Assembly (NCBI GenBank): GCA_963790205.1
Contig: CAWBNQ010000003.1
Location: 896,001-960,000 of the forward strand
From: Nitrospirota bacterium
GTDB lineage: Bacteria > Nitrospirota > UBA9217
Direction of reading: 5' to 3'
DNA length: 64,000 bases
Both the position numbers and the translations under genes were made by a program. Shown piece after piece: positions 40,637-50,151 of the stretch (positions are counted from its first letter, which is position 1; every line of letters starts with the position of its first letter). Under the pieces are notes generated by a model. The model worked only from the letters and a program-made list of their open reading frames with translations. It was not told the origin of the DNA and made no database searches.

Positions 40637-41763
40637 TACGGAAGCCTCCCTTCTTCGGCCCAGCGCTGATACTGGGCAGAAAAGACGTCTATGATCTGAG
40701 GTCCGTTCGGCTGGTGGATAATGAAGAGGTAGAAGACGGCCGTAGTCATCAACAGGGTGAGGACAGGACTGAGCCAGCGCAGAGCTCGAGGCCGGGTCTG
40801 CCAGAACTCCCCCCTTGTCAGAAGCAACAGCCAGAAGAGGGTTGTCAGGTTGAGGCCGGCCGCGATGTAGACCACAGTGTCAGGGATTATGATTGGATAG
40901 CCCGTGGTCTCCATGGAATAGAAAGTCGGCATTCTGATTGCGGTCAGCAGCACCCAGAGGAGAACCAATATCAGAAAAGTCCTGATCGAGGCCTGGGTAA
41001 GCCGCTTCCAGGGTTTCATCAGCAGGGCGGCAGCCCAGAGCATGACTACGACTCCCCACGCGACCCATCCCCAGGCCGATGTTTCTTTCCAGTAGCGGCT
41101 GGCCGTTTCGTAGGCCTCCTGGTCGCTTGTGGAGAGTTTTTTCCCGCCGTTCCCTGAAAGGGCCTCAAAGGCGAGATAGCTTTGCCTGCGCTTGTCCATG
41201 CGAGCATAGGCATATCCCAGTTCCCTCTGGACCTCTGCCTTCAAAAGAAAATCAGGGTGGTCCTTCAGCAACGCTTCGAACTTCTTCACCATGATTTCAT
41301 CGCCCTGATCGGCGAACAGAATCGCCTGATAGGTCTTGAAGGCCGCCTCCTGCTGTATCAGTTTTTCGAGGGAGGCCAGCTTCTCCTGGTAAAAGGAAAC
41401 CTGCCGGGGGGAGGCGTATTTCTCCAGATATTTCCGATCCCACTTGATCGCCTTCTTTATATCGACAATGTTGTCTTCATACAGGGTCCCCAGCATCTGC
41501 ACGGCGTAGCGGGCCGCCTCGCTTTCAGGATGCTTCCCGGCGATTTCCAGGTCGATGGCAGCTGCGTCGGCATAGCGGCCGTTGATATAGGCATGCTGGG
41601 CCTTTTGCCTCAGCTCGTTCACTGCCGGGCTGTCCTGGGCCGCAAATCCGGCGATCGGCAGCAAGAACAGGCCCCCAAAGAGCGTAAGAATAAGCAATGG
41701 AATGAGCTTGGTGCGCCTGATGGCGACAAGCTTTAGCACCAGCTTGTCCGTTATGGTTGCCAT
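40636..41763 (-). CDS. Exported TPR-like protein with C-terminal TM helices
   Basis: Signal/TM N-terminus, helical TPR-like repeats, about 4 C-terminal TMs; GGAGG RBS. Confidence 0.75.
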   Translation of the reverse strand: MATITDKLVLKLVAIRRTKLIPLLILTLFGGLFLLPIAGFAAQDSPAVNELRQKAQHAYINGRYADAAAIDLEIAGKHPESEAARYAVQMLGTLYEDNIVDIKKAIKWDRKYLEKYASPRQVSFYQEKLASLEKLIQQEAAFKTYQAILFADQGDEIMVKKFEALLKDHPDFLLKAEVQRELGYAYARMDKRRQSYLAFEALSGNGGKKLSTSDQEAYETASRYWKETSAWGWVAWGVVVMLWAAALLMKPWKRLTQASIRTFLILVLLWVLLTAIRMPTFYSMETTGYPIIIPDTVVYIAAGLNLTTLFWLLLLTRGEFWQTRPRALRWLSPVLTLLMTTAVFYLFIIHQPNGPQIIDVFSAQYQRWAEEGRLP

Positions 41764-41791
41764 TTATAGCCTCCGCCATTTTTAGCACTAC

Positions 41792-41846
41792 ATGATACTC
41801 CCTTATTTATTACGTTAATATTACATGGATGTTATATTTTCGTTAC
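41792..41846 (-). promoter_or_regulatory. Pho-box-like array plus -10 box (radical SAM operon)
   Basis: ATTAC 41809, ATTAC 41820, GTTAT 41831, GTTAC 41842; -10 TATCAT at 41797-41792. Confidence 0.72.
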
Positions 41847-41874
41847 AATGGAAAAAAACCGCCACGGAAATGAA

Positions 41875-41897
41875 ACCGGGGGCCGAAGGCCCCCGGT
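41875..41897 (-). terminator. Intrinsic terminator after the phosphatase gene
   Basis: ACCGGGGGCC-gaa-GGCCCCCGGT perfect stem with a T-rich tail on the - strand. Confidence 0.7.
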
Positions 41898-41930
41898 CTG
41901 CAGACATAATTACTGCAATTTTTTCTCCTA

Positions 41931-42296
41931 TTCCTGCAATGTCACAGGGGCAAAAGGTAAGGCTGGTATTATTCGAATTAATGCTTTCAGTGGTCCGATT
42001 CATGCTGAACTGCAGCGGAATGACGATCTCGTCACCGGCTGCCAGGCCGTTGGCCGTAGCCCTTATCATCGGTTCGCCATTGTTCGAGCCGGTTGCATTG
42101 AGGCCGATGTTCTGGTTCCTGCAATACCACAGGCGTAAAGGTGATTTCGGTGTTATTCGGGTTGCTGAACGAGAGCGGAACGACAATCGAGTCCCCCGCG
42201 TCCAACCCGGTATGCTTAACCCTTATCATCGGTTCGCCATTATTCGAACCGGTCGCATTGACCAGCGTGACGTCCGTGATGAGGCCGGTGTTCTGG
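41931..42296. repeat. Diverged tandem duplication of the phosphatase 3' end (41931-42115 and 42116-42296)
   Basis: Both copies encode NATGSNNGEPMIR..GL.AGD.IV.PL.FS..NNT..TF.PV.LQE. Confidence 0.85.
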
Positions 42297-43801
42297 GCGA
42301 TCTTTGAGACAAGTTGCGGGGTGGTGGTGCTGTATTCGTTATCTGCGCTGCCGATTCCCTGGAGGTTGACAATACCGTCCAGGACAACGTGGATATTACC
42401 GGTAAGAGCTGGGCCGTTATTCGTGATCTCCAGGTTGCATCTGTACAGCTTGGTCGTAGGATTGTAGGTCATGTGGGTGGTTTTTACGCCGACCTGCGAT
42501 GAGACGTCGGTGAAGTGATTGAGAACGATCGTCTCGATCGGTGAAAGGGTCAGCGCCGACGACGGCTGAATCGCCGTTGTGCTCGCGTTGTTGACCTGGT
42601 AGGCGGTCATGGTGAGGGTCTTTCCTTCTACGTCAAAGGTCATGAACTCCATGGCCGGCCAGGCGGTGATGACGTGCGGAAAATTGCCCATATTGGTCAT
42701 GTCGGGCTGATAAACAGGCGCGCCGCCGCCGCCGCTGGTGATGTGCGGGACATTCAGGGCAATCTGGTCTCCGTTTGCCTGGGCGAGGGTATAAGCCCCG
42801 GTGCGGGCATAGTTGTGGCTGTGGCCGGCATAGACCAGGTCCACATTATACTGGGTAATGAGAGGTTCAAGTGCCCTCACTTTGAGGTTGTCGCCGTCTT
42901 TGCCTGCGGAATACGACGGCTCGTGGTACACGAGTATCTTCCACGGCTTGGTGGTCGTGGCGAGGTCGTTGACAAGCCAGTTGTACTGGTCGGAGCCGGG
43001 AGCAAAGCTTGAGTACTCGTCAACAACGGTGAAGTGGACCGGGCCGTAATCGAAGGACCAGTAGAGGTTATTGTAATAAGGATTGCCGCTGGCATCTGTT
43101 GTAGGAGCAGCTGTTTTAGAAGTCATATTCGTGTACGGAAAGGGAAAGTACTTCGGGAAAGTGGCGCTATACCCTGAAGCGTTATCATGGTTGCCCTTGC
43201 ACCCGTCGATGGGCGAATTCGCCGTGAACGTGACGATGTCCGTCTTGGTCGGGTCGAACCACTGGGAGGTCCAGTAGCTTTCGCCGTCGGTGCTTACCCA
43301 GTCACCGTTGTGAATAGTAAGGCGCTGATAATCCTCGTTGCCGGGCTGTGAATAGAAGGAGCGCATCGCCTGCATGACGTTATCCAGGGCAAACGGTTGG
43401 CTTCTTGAGTCTCCCATGGCGAGGAACCGTATCGAAGTGGCATTGTCCTCGGGCGCGGTAATGAACGATCCGGTGCCGTAGACGGCGCTGCTGGTCTGGT
43501 CAGCCACATGGTAGTAGTATTTCGTATTCGGCGTCAGTCCGGTGATCGTGTACCCGTGCTGCCGGTCGCCGAACTCGGGCGCCGTTACCGTCCCCATGCT
43601 GAAGATCGTGTCGGTGCCCCAGCTGACGATGTTCGTCTCGCCTGCGGTGTCGTCCTGCCAGACCACCTCCATCTGTGTATTCTGCCCCGGGTAGATCAGG
43701 TAGGGATGTTTCAGAATGCCGGCGAAAGCCGCCGTGCTGAACACGGCAAAGGCCAGCACAAAAACTAAACCGGTCAAAGCTTTTTTCGTCATGGTATTCA
43801 T
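42032..43801 (-). CDS. Secreted purple-acid-phosphatase-like metallophosphoesterase (FN3 plus calcineurin-like domain)
   Basis: AGGAGA RBS before ATG 43801; signal peptide; GLTPNTKYYY; MGDSR, NGDW, GNHD, YHEP, GHSHNY. Confidence 0.88.
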   Translation of the reverse strand: MNTMTKKALTGLVFVLAFAVFSTAAFAGILKHPYLIYPGQNTQMEVVWQDDTAGETNIVSWGTDTIFSMGTVTAPEFGDRQHGYTITGLTPNTKYYYHVADQTSSAVYGTGSFITAPEDNATSIRFLAMGDSRSQPFALDNVMQAMRSFYSQPGNEDYQRLTIHNGDWVSTDGESYWTSQWFDPTKTDIVTFTANSPIDGCKGNHDNASGYSATFPKYFPFPYTNMTSKTAAPTTDASGNPYYNNLYWSFDYGPVHFTVVDEYSSFAPGSDQYNWLVNDLATTTKPWKILVYHEPSYSAGKDGDNLKVRALEPLITQYNVDLVYAGHSHNYARTGAYTLAQANGDQIALNVPHITSGGGGAPVYQPDMTNMGNFPHVITAWPAMEFMTFDVEGKTLTMTAYQVNNASTTAIQPSSALTLSPIETIVLNHFTDVSSQVGVKTTHMTYNPTTKLYRCNLEITNNGPALTGNIHVVLDGIVNLQGIGSADNEYSTTTPQLVSKIAQNTGLITDVTLVNATGSNNGEPMIRVKHTGLDAGDSIVVPLSFSNPNNTEITFTPVVLQEPEHRPQCNRLEQWRTDDKGYGQRPGSR

Positions 43802-43958
43802 CGCTTCTCCTTTTTGCAAAAAGTTATGCTGCTGTTTGTGACACTTCTTAACCTTAGTATTGCCTGATGAATGATTATTCCACCTCCTTTCACGGTGCTG
43901 TGCAGCAGTCAAAAAAACAACTATTGCCGATATGGGTTCATTGCTCTATTGATCAGGT

Positions 43959-44627
43959 TTACGGGTTTGGCGACTCGCTATCCAGGTTCGCCTCGCTCAT
44001 GTCCGTCCCGTCCGCGTTCGCCCCACTCATGTTCGCCTTGCTCAAATCCGCCCCGCTCAAGTTAGCCTTTCTCAAGTCCGCCCCGTTGAGGTTAGCCTTG
44101 CTCAGGTTCGCCTTGCTCAGGTCCGCCCCGCTCAAGTTAGCCTTGCTCAAGTTCGCCTTGCTCAGGTCCGCCTTGGTCAGGTCCGCCCTGCTCAGGTTCG
44201 CTTTGCTCAAGTTCGCCTTATTCAGTTTTGACCTGCTCAGATCCACCCCGCTCAGGTCTTTCTCTTCCAAATTAATGCCGTTCAGGTCTGCCCCATTCAG
44301 ATCCGCCCCGCTCAGGTTCGCCCCGCTCAGATCCGTCCCGACCAGGTTCGCCCCGCCCAGGTCCGTCTCAGTCAGGTTCGCCCCGCTCAAGTCTGCCCCG
44401 CTTAGGTTCGCCCCGTTCAGGTTCGCCCCGCTCAAATCCGCCCCGTTCAGGTCCCGCCCCTCCAGGTTCATCCCGTTCAGGTCCACCCCACTCAGGTCAC
44501 ACTGGGGACATTGATTGGTTGCCCGTAATCTATCCAAATCAGCCTGCTCGAAGCCATACACGACGCTGCCCTTCAGAAACACGCAAAGGATGATTATCCC
44601 CAGCAGTGCTGCGGTCCTTCTTTTCAT
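43959..44627 (-). CDS. Exported pentapeptide-repeat protein
   Basis: Signal peptide, CPQC, about 35 A(D/N)LSG/K repeats. Confidence 0.92.
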   Translation of the reverse strand: MKRRTAALLGIIILCVFLKGSVVYGFEQADLDRLRATNQCPQCDLSGVDLNGMNLEGRDLNGADLSGANLNGANLSGADLSGANLTETDLGGANLVGTDLSGANLSGADLNGADLNGINLEEKDLSGVDLSRSKLNKANLSKANLSRADLTKADLSKANLSKANLSGADLSKANLSKANLNGADLRKANLSGADLSKANMSGANADGTDMSEANLDSESPNP

Positions 44628-44784
44628 TTTTCTGTCTCCTTTTCACAAAGGATCTTTAGTCGCATATCCATACGGAAAAATTCCATTGGGCGGTTGGAAG
44701 TAACACTCGTACGTTCGAGTACTTCGAGACAAAGAAAAAAATGCGTTTTCTGATGACGCGGGATCATCCATTCGCTTCGAGTCG

Positions 44785-44838
44785 AGGATAGAGGAGAGGT
44801 ATTACGCGAGTGTTACGGAAATATTAAGTTTCCGTTAC
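44785..44838 (-). promoter_or_regulatory. Pho-box-like array plus -10 box (pentapeptide/phosphatase unit)
   Basis: ATTAC 44801, GTTAC 44812, ATTAA 44823, GTTAC 44834; -10 TATCCT at 44790-44785. Confidence 0.78.
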
Positions 44839-45164
44839 AATGCTGAACGGCTTTGAATGAGGTAAGAGTAGTACGTTGCGGCGTATGTCGGCATGCGTTC
44901 GAGTAAACGTCTTTCACAGGGTCATTATAGAGAGCGCCTTCCTTCACGATGAACTCCCAGCTGTTCAGGCTGTAGCCGAAGGATTCGCGCTTAACGAAGC
45001 GCAATATTGTATTTCCCCGCTTGATAAAAGGGATAAACCATGGAACAGTTGCAATGGATCACGTCATACTTCATATCCCTAAAGCTGTCGTCGTGCGAAA
45101 ACAGGCGGGTGAAGTGATGAATTGCGATGGAGAAGTTTGGTCCCGGTCCTCGTCCCGGAGGTCC

Positions 45165-45572
45165 TTATGGAGAATGCCCCAGCCCGTCACAGTATGCTGA
45201 AATGACCGCGAAATCCGCAGCGACCCAGTCGAGCGACCGCAACTCGTGCGAAGACAACCAGAGCAGGGCCTTATGTTCGTGCAGCGTGATCTCACCCGAG
45301 ACGATGGCGCAGATGAAGGGGTACAGCGTTACGGAAAAATCTGGATAGTCATGGCTTACGGATGGCAATAGCCGGCCGGCTGTAATCTGCAGGCTCAGTT
45401 CTTCGGACACCTCACGGACAACGCATTGTCCAGGCGACTCGCCCCGTTCGATTTTTCCGCCGGGGAACTCCCATTTGAGGGGCAGGTTCATGCGTTCGCT
45501 GCGCTGGACGGCAAGGACCCTGCCATTACGCTCTATGATCGCGCAGGCGACCCGCATGGTTTTCTTAGACAT
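45165..45572 (-). CDS. MutT/NudG-type (d)NTP pyrophosphohydrolase
   Basis: KWEFPGGKIERGESPGQCVVREVSEEL Nudix box, WVAAD. Confidence 0.9.
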   Translation of the reverse strand: MSKKTMRVACAIIERNGRVLAVQRSERMNLPLKWEFPGGKIERGESPGQCVVREVSEELSLQITAGRLLPSVSHDYPDFSVTLYPFICAIVSGEITLHEHKALLWLSSHELRSLDWVAADFAVISAYCDGLGHSP

Positions 45573-45790
45573 GTTCTTGAGACCGGGTGCCCGGCATGAC
45601 GGCGAATGCCGCCGTATGCTCTTTCTTTATCGTCCGCGTATGGAAATAATCTTATCATAGACACGGATGTTCTGCACCCGGCCCTTCGTCGGATTGCAGG
45701 GGGACCGCTGAGAAGAAAAGATTATAACAATGTTCCTGACAAGGCCTGTCTTTTAGTGTCATAATAAGTGTCATAATAGAAGGGGACAGG

Positions 45791-46525
45791 TTGGACGGAA
45801 ATCCACTGCCCGACCCGCGGATGACTATGGACTTCGCTTTTCCATTCGGCCTTGCGATCGCCAAGCTGCTGGCTTCCGACTACGTCTCCAGCCGCATACA
45901 GGTCAGGACTGAGTATGAGTCCGTGAAACGGATTCTCGAACTGTTCACCGCGCAGACCGTCAGGATCGTGGTAAACGTGCTCGTCCTGCTGGTGGCTGTT
46001 TATGGCGCCGGTTGGATCCTCAACCGCAGAATGAGCGTCCTGGTCATTTGCTCCGTGTACATGGCGTCGGTTGTCGAAAGCCTTGTGCGGCTGCTCCGGG
46101 GGCTGCCCGACCTTTTTTCTCTCCTCTTTGTGCACCACGGCAATCCCCGCTCTTTTATCAGCAAGCGGGTGCATCAGGAGGTTTACCAGCGACTCGTCGA
46201 AACCGATGCGCGCAGCTCGATATTCAAGCGATTGTTTAAGCAAATCATGCTCCGTTCGAATGAAGAGATCGCGCGCGAGGTGGCGCGAAAGGCCACCTCC
46301 GCGATCTGGAGCCGGGTGGTCGGACGGTTCACGGCCACGGCGACGGCCCTTCTCGCATACATCGTTGTTTTCCGGTTCATGGTCGCGCCCTATCTCATCA
46401 CCGGACACACGAAGCTCACGGTTTGGCAGGCGTTGCTCTATCCGATCGCCTACGCTTCCGACTACTTCTTCGGCACCTCTTTCCTGCATTATGTGCGCTC
46501 GCTCCGTTTTCGGCTTTTTGGGTGA
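45791..46525 (+). CDS. Hypothetical membrane protein
   Basis: 244-aa ORF with several hydrophobic helices; start uncertain. Confidence 0.6.
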   Translation: MDGNPLPDPRMTMDFAFPFGLAIAKLLASDYVSSRIQVRTEYESVKRILELFTAQTVRIVVNVLVLLVAVYGAGWILNRRMSVLVICSVYMASVVESLVRLLRGLPDLFSLLFVHHGNPRSFISKRVHQEVYQRLVETDARSSIFKRLFKQIMLRSNEEIAREVARKATSAIWSRVVGRFTATATALLAYIVVFRFMVAPYLITGHTKLTVWQALLYPIAYASDYFFGTSFLHYVRSLRFRLFG

Positions 46526-46796
46526 AAGAGAAGCAGCGCTTTAGGCAGGATATCGGAGATACCAACAGTGACAATTTCAGCAAAAAAGATTCAATTGGTG
46601 CGTGTTTCCCGGTAAGCCTCATCGGCCGGCAGTAATGCAGTAATATCGTCACAGTGCAGACGCTCGAAGAAGGTTCTCGATTTTCGAATCCAGGTCCCGT
46701 GCGACAGCGAGAGCGTCCGGGTTTCCGCAGGGGGCCAGAAGACCGGCCATCTTGTCGTACGAAAAGCGGTTCCTGATGAACCTGATTTTTCGTATT

Positions 46797-47357
46797 CTAC
46801 CTTAAGACCGTAGGAACTTCCGCTATGATTGTTCCCAATACCGCGGCCTCTATCTTGCTCATCTCGCCCAAACTGCCGCGTCGTTCCGTCATACGCCGGA
46901 AGCGGGTGAAGTCTGTCGGCAGACCTTCGGTGTCCACAAGATAAGCAATTTTTTGGATGATCATCCTGATGTCTTCCGGATGTTTTATCCGGCCTTTTAT
47001 CTTGGGGAAATAGGTCACCTTCATCCGGCCCCTGGAGCTGTCGAAGTCGACATCCGTCACCCGGTGCAGCGCGAGAATAACATAATCCCCGAGTGATTGC
47101 CAAAAGATCTCGTCGTGGTCCTTCCAGGAGGGAAGGTGAAAGCGCAACAAGGCGGGCTGTTTTTTTCCATTTGGCATGATGCTCTTATAAAGAAAGACTG
47201 GAAAATCAGCTACCTCTTTAGTGTCGATCTTTTCGAGCTTTTCGAACAAATTGATCCTTTGCTGCTTTCGAAAGATCTTATCGATCTGATCTAAAACGCC
47301 GCCCTGCCCGAGACCGTCTTGAACTTTCTCGAGTACCGTTGTTAATGTGTTTGTCAT
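46797..47357 (-). CDS. Hypothetical protein
   Basis: AAGGAG RBS before ATG 47357; normal composition; no recognised motif. Confidence 0.65.
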   Translation of the reverse strand: MTNTLTTVLEKVQDGLGQGGVLDQIDKIFRKQQRINLFEKLEKIDTKEVADFPVFLYKSIMPNGKKQPALLRFHLPSWKDHDEIFWQSLGDYVILALHRVTDVDFDSSRGRMKVTYFPKIKGRIKHPEDIRMIIQKIAYLVDTEGLPTDFTRFRRMTERRGSLGEMSKIEAAVLGTIIAEVPTVLR

Positions 47358-47513
47358 TGTTCGACTCCTTTGACCGCAAGCTTTGAGTTTCGCTGCAGCG
47401 ATCTTAATTGCTGCGTCCCGATCCAAAAACCCGTCCGAACCTTTTTTACTATCTTACCACAAGCACATACAGTAATAATAGTGCAGCAGGCATTAAATCC
47501 CTATCCGGGGAAG

Positions 47514-47814
47514 TCAACTGAGTCGGTTCAGCACCTTTTCCGCGGCCTGCTCTATAACTTCATCTGACGTTTTTGCCTTGGAGAGAATAAAATAACCCTT
47601 TTTCCCGAGGAAAGCGATGAGCTGTTCGTATTTGATTTTTTTTTCATCGAAATGAATCAATGCGCTGCCGATAACAGGGTTTGTTGCCACAGACGTTATT
47701 CCTTCCAAATCCTGGATGCTTATTTCAAAGATCGCCGCATTCCGCGGATTACTGTGGATAAAGGGCGTCTGGACGCCTCAGTCTGCCGGGCACATAATGA
47801 TAATAATAATCCAT
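47514..47814 (-). pseudogene. HMA2-domain (FezC-like) gene with one +1 frameshift
   Basis: GAGGAG RBS; MDYYYHYVPGRLR, extra base near 47775, then VQTPFIHSNP..EGITSVATNPVIGSALIHFD; paralogous to 59456..59827. Confidence 0.7.
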
Positions 47815-47968
47815 ATTGCTCTCCTCAGGTCAAAAGTCCGGAGCATAAAAATAATACCCGATGCCGAGCGTAAACGCGAAATTGCCGTAAAGCGCGTGTT
47901 CGATCGAAACGGCCAGGAGCGATCTACTTCCCAGATAGGTCGTCGCCCAGAGGAGAGCGGCAACGTCC

Positions 47969-48661
47969 TTATTTGCATTCCCACAGTGTGTACAGTTTTT
48001 CAGGGCTTCTCTCAACAACAAGCACAAGAAAGCCGCCGTCACGATGGCGGGCAACGAGCACGCCGTAATCCTGCAGTTTCGCGGCACTGGCCAGTTTTGC
48101 AGCTGCGCTCCACACTTCATAGAGACTCTGTACTCGTTCGCTCCTCGCCCCGTCGAAGAATCCGCGAGCATCGCTTCGCAACCGGACAATATGAATATGA
48201 AGTTGGTCCTGGCTTCTTGACCCCGGCGGGTTGACCACGAGTGCGATGGCGTCCTCGTCGGCAATTCGCTTCCTGGCCGCGGCCCAGGCAATGCTCCATA
48301 TGTCTTCGGGCCGCCGCGGGTCTTCGACACCCCTGATCCGTGCGCGCGGGATAACAAGGCCGTGTACAAAGCCGGGAACACAGCCGCACATTTTCCTGTC
48401 GCGGATCACGACATAAGCAGCGGTCTCGTCCCAGACCTCCGTCGTTGCCTTGCAGTCCAGGTTCCGCGCACAGGGGCTTTCGAGTCTCGGTGCCGGGCAG
48501 TGCTCGCAATAATCTGGAGTGTTGATATCGAGGCAGTTTGAAACGATGGTGAGGAGCGCATCCCGGGATTCAGCGGCGACCGCGCTCTCCGAGAGAAATG
48601 CGGCCGCAAGCAGCAGGCCCAGGAGCACGGTCCGGGCATAACGGAGAGAAAACAAGCTCAA
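47969..48661 (-). CDS. cdh: CDP-diacylglycerol diphosphatase-family protein, exported
   Basis: Signal peptide; L.IP..RIRGVEDP and SRSQDQLHIHI motifs. Confidence 0.75.
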   Translation of the reverse strand: MSLFSLRYARTVLLGLLLAAAFLSESAVAAESRDALLTIVSNCLDINTPDYCEHCPAPRLESPCARNLDCKATTEVWDETAAYVVIRDRKMCGCVPGFVHGLVIPRARIRGVEDPRRPEDIWSIAWAAARKRIADEDAIALVVNPPGSRSQDQLHIHIVRLRSDARGFFDGARSERVQSLYEVWSAAAKLASAAKLQDYGVLVARHRDGGFLVLVVERSPEKLYTLWECK

Positions 48662-48709
48662 GAGGACCCCTCCTCATGCCTTCCGCCACATACTTTCGCA
48701 ACGCTCATA

Positions 48710-49159
48710 TTACCCCTGCATACCCAGAGACCATTCGGCTGTCATAGGATCAGCGGGATGATTGAAATTATCCAGATAGAAACTATCATTCATCATTGCG
48801 CAGACGATCCAGCCCAGACTGTCCTCTGTGTTCGTGATCTTGAAGGGGCCGGGACCGTATGCTCCACCGACAAACCGACCATCCTGAGTAAGTACCAGCG
48901 TAAGCGCGGACCATTTAGGGACCCCGTTAAACACCGTACGAGGATCACCCGCAGGCCCCCAATAGGGACGGCTTTTCCCGGGCGACCACTGACCGTGAAT
49001 GCTGATGGTTCTACAAGTGCCGAAAAAGATCGTACCTACATAGGTTAACCCCGTGGGATCCAATATCTTCGTATCAAGGATGATCTTAGGTGATGTGCCC
49101 AATAGTTTTGTTATATCAAGATTGGGCGCATTCAGTTCAAGTGCCAGCTTCGCAGTCAT
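48710..49159 (-). CDS. Hypothetical protein
   Basis: AGGGGG RBS; 149-aa beta-rich ORF. Confidence 0.6.
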   Translation of the reverse strand: MTAKLALELNAPNLDITKLLGTSPKIILDTKILDPTGLTYVGTIFFGTCRTISIHGQWSPGKSRPYWGPAGDPRTVFNGVPKWSALTLVLTQDGRFVGGAYGPGPFKITNTEDSLGWIVCAMMNDSFYLDNFNHPADPMTAEWSLGMQG

Positions 49160-49262
49160 TTATACCCCCTTTGTTTTGCCGGTTTTTCGCCCCTTTGGAA
49201 AAAACATGCAGTAACCAGCCGTTCAAGGTTTGACCTATTGTTCTGCATGCGGTTGTACAGTT

Positions 49263-49955
49263 TCAAATCGGCCCTGTCCCGCTGCGATCGAACCTGCCGT
49301 GCTTGAGGAAATGCGCGACCTGCCTCATCACCAGCGGGTCTTTCATGATAAACGTGTGGGTGTTGGGGACGATGATGAAGTCGCGCATCTCCGGCAGCAT
49401 GGCGCTCTTCACCGAAACCATGCCGTCGTCAGGCCCGTCCAGGAAAGCGGAGAACACAAGATTGATGCTGAAATTGCCCGCGATCACGCCGACGTCGATC
49501 CCGACCGGCTTCAAGCGATTGACCACGGACCCCGGCCCCCTGCCGATCTCCTGGCCGGCCGGGCCGGTGACCCAACGGTAGAGGGGGACCCGCATGAGCA
49601 GGTCGACGAGCTCGCTTCCCTGGTTCGGCGGGGAGAGCATCACGAGCCTGCTGCCCGCTGGCATTGAATGCCGCTGCAGGTACTGACGGACGATAAGGCC
49701 GCCCAGGGAGTGGCCGACGAAATGGATCTTGCCCGCTCCCTGCGCTTCGCAGCCTTGTACGGCGCGCGCAAGATGCGTTTCGGCGATCGTCTCGATCGTT
49801 TTGGTTGTTGAGGGATAGGCAAGGTTGACGGTCGAATAGCCGAGGCTTTGCAGATGCTGCTCAAGCCCGCGCAGGGACTGTCTGAAGCGGCCCAGGCCAT
49901 GGAGGAGGACCACCCATTCACCCGCGTCATCCATTGTTTGATTTTCTATGTTCAT
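49263..49955 (-). CDS. Alpha/beta hydrolase (lipase/esterase-like)
   Basis: LLHGLG, GHSLGG, PPNQGS, DGMV, HTFIM. Confidence 0.88.
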   Translation of the reverse strand: MNIENQTMDDAGEWVVLLHGLGRFRQSLRGLEQHLQSLGYSTVNLAYPSTTKTIETIAETHLARAVQGCEAQGAGKIHFVGHSLGGLIVRQYLQRHSMPAGSRLVMLSPPNQGSELVDLLMRVPLYRWVTGPAGQEIGRGPGSVVNRLKPVGIDVGVIAGNFSINLVFSAFLDGPDDGMVSVKSAMLPEMRDFIIVPNTHTFIMKDPLVMRQVAHFLKHGRFDRSGTGPI

Positions 49956-50151
49956 CTCGACGGTTTCTTTGAAAAAAATCCTGTTTGACGCTTTGGCCGC
50001 GATAAATACTATTATACAATATCACAACAGGCAAGAGCATGTTTGGAACAGGTTCTTGGACTATGGACGCTCGGTACGGAACCGGAATTGCGTCCACTAT
50101 GTTATACTGGAAATAAAGCAATGAACATTCCATACCACAGGGAGGTGACCG

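Noticed and set aside
43881..43890. Perfect Shine-Dalgarno (AAAGGAGGTG, - strand) marking a hidden gene
   Set aside because: No start codon at a usable distance; the phosphatase has its own RBS before 43801.
44000..44500. CRISPR-like periodic DNA
   Set aside because: The 15-bp periodicity comes from pentapeptide coding; there are no unique spacers or cas genes.
45755..45778. AGTGTCATAATA tandem repeat as an E. coli-type Pho box
   Set aside because: The period is 12 bp, not 11, and there are only two copies; a simple duplication explains it.
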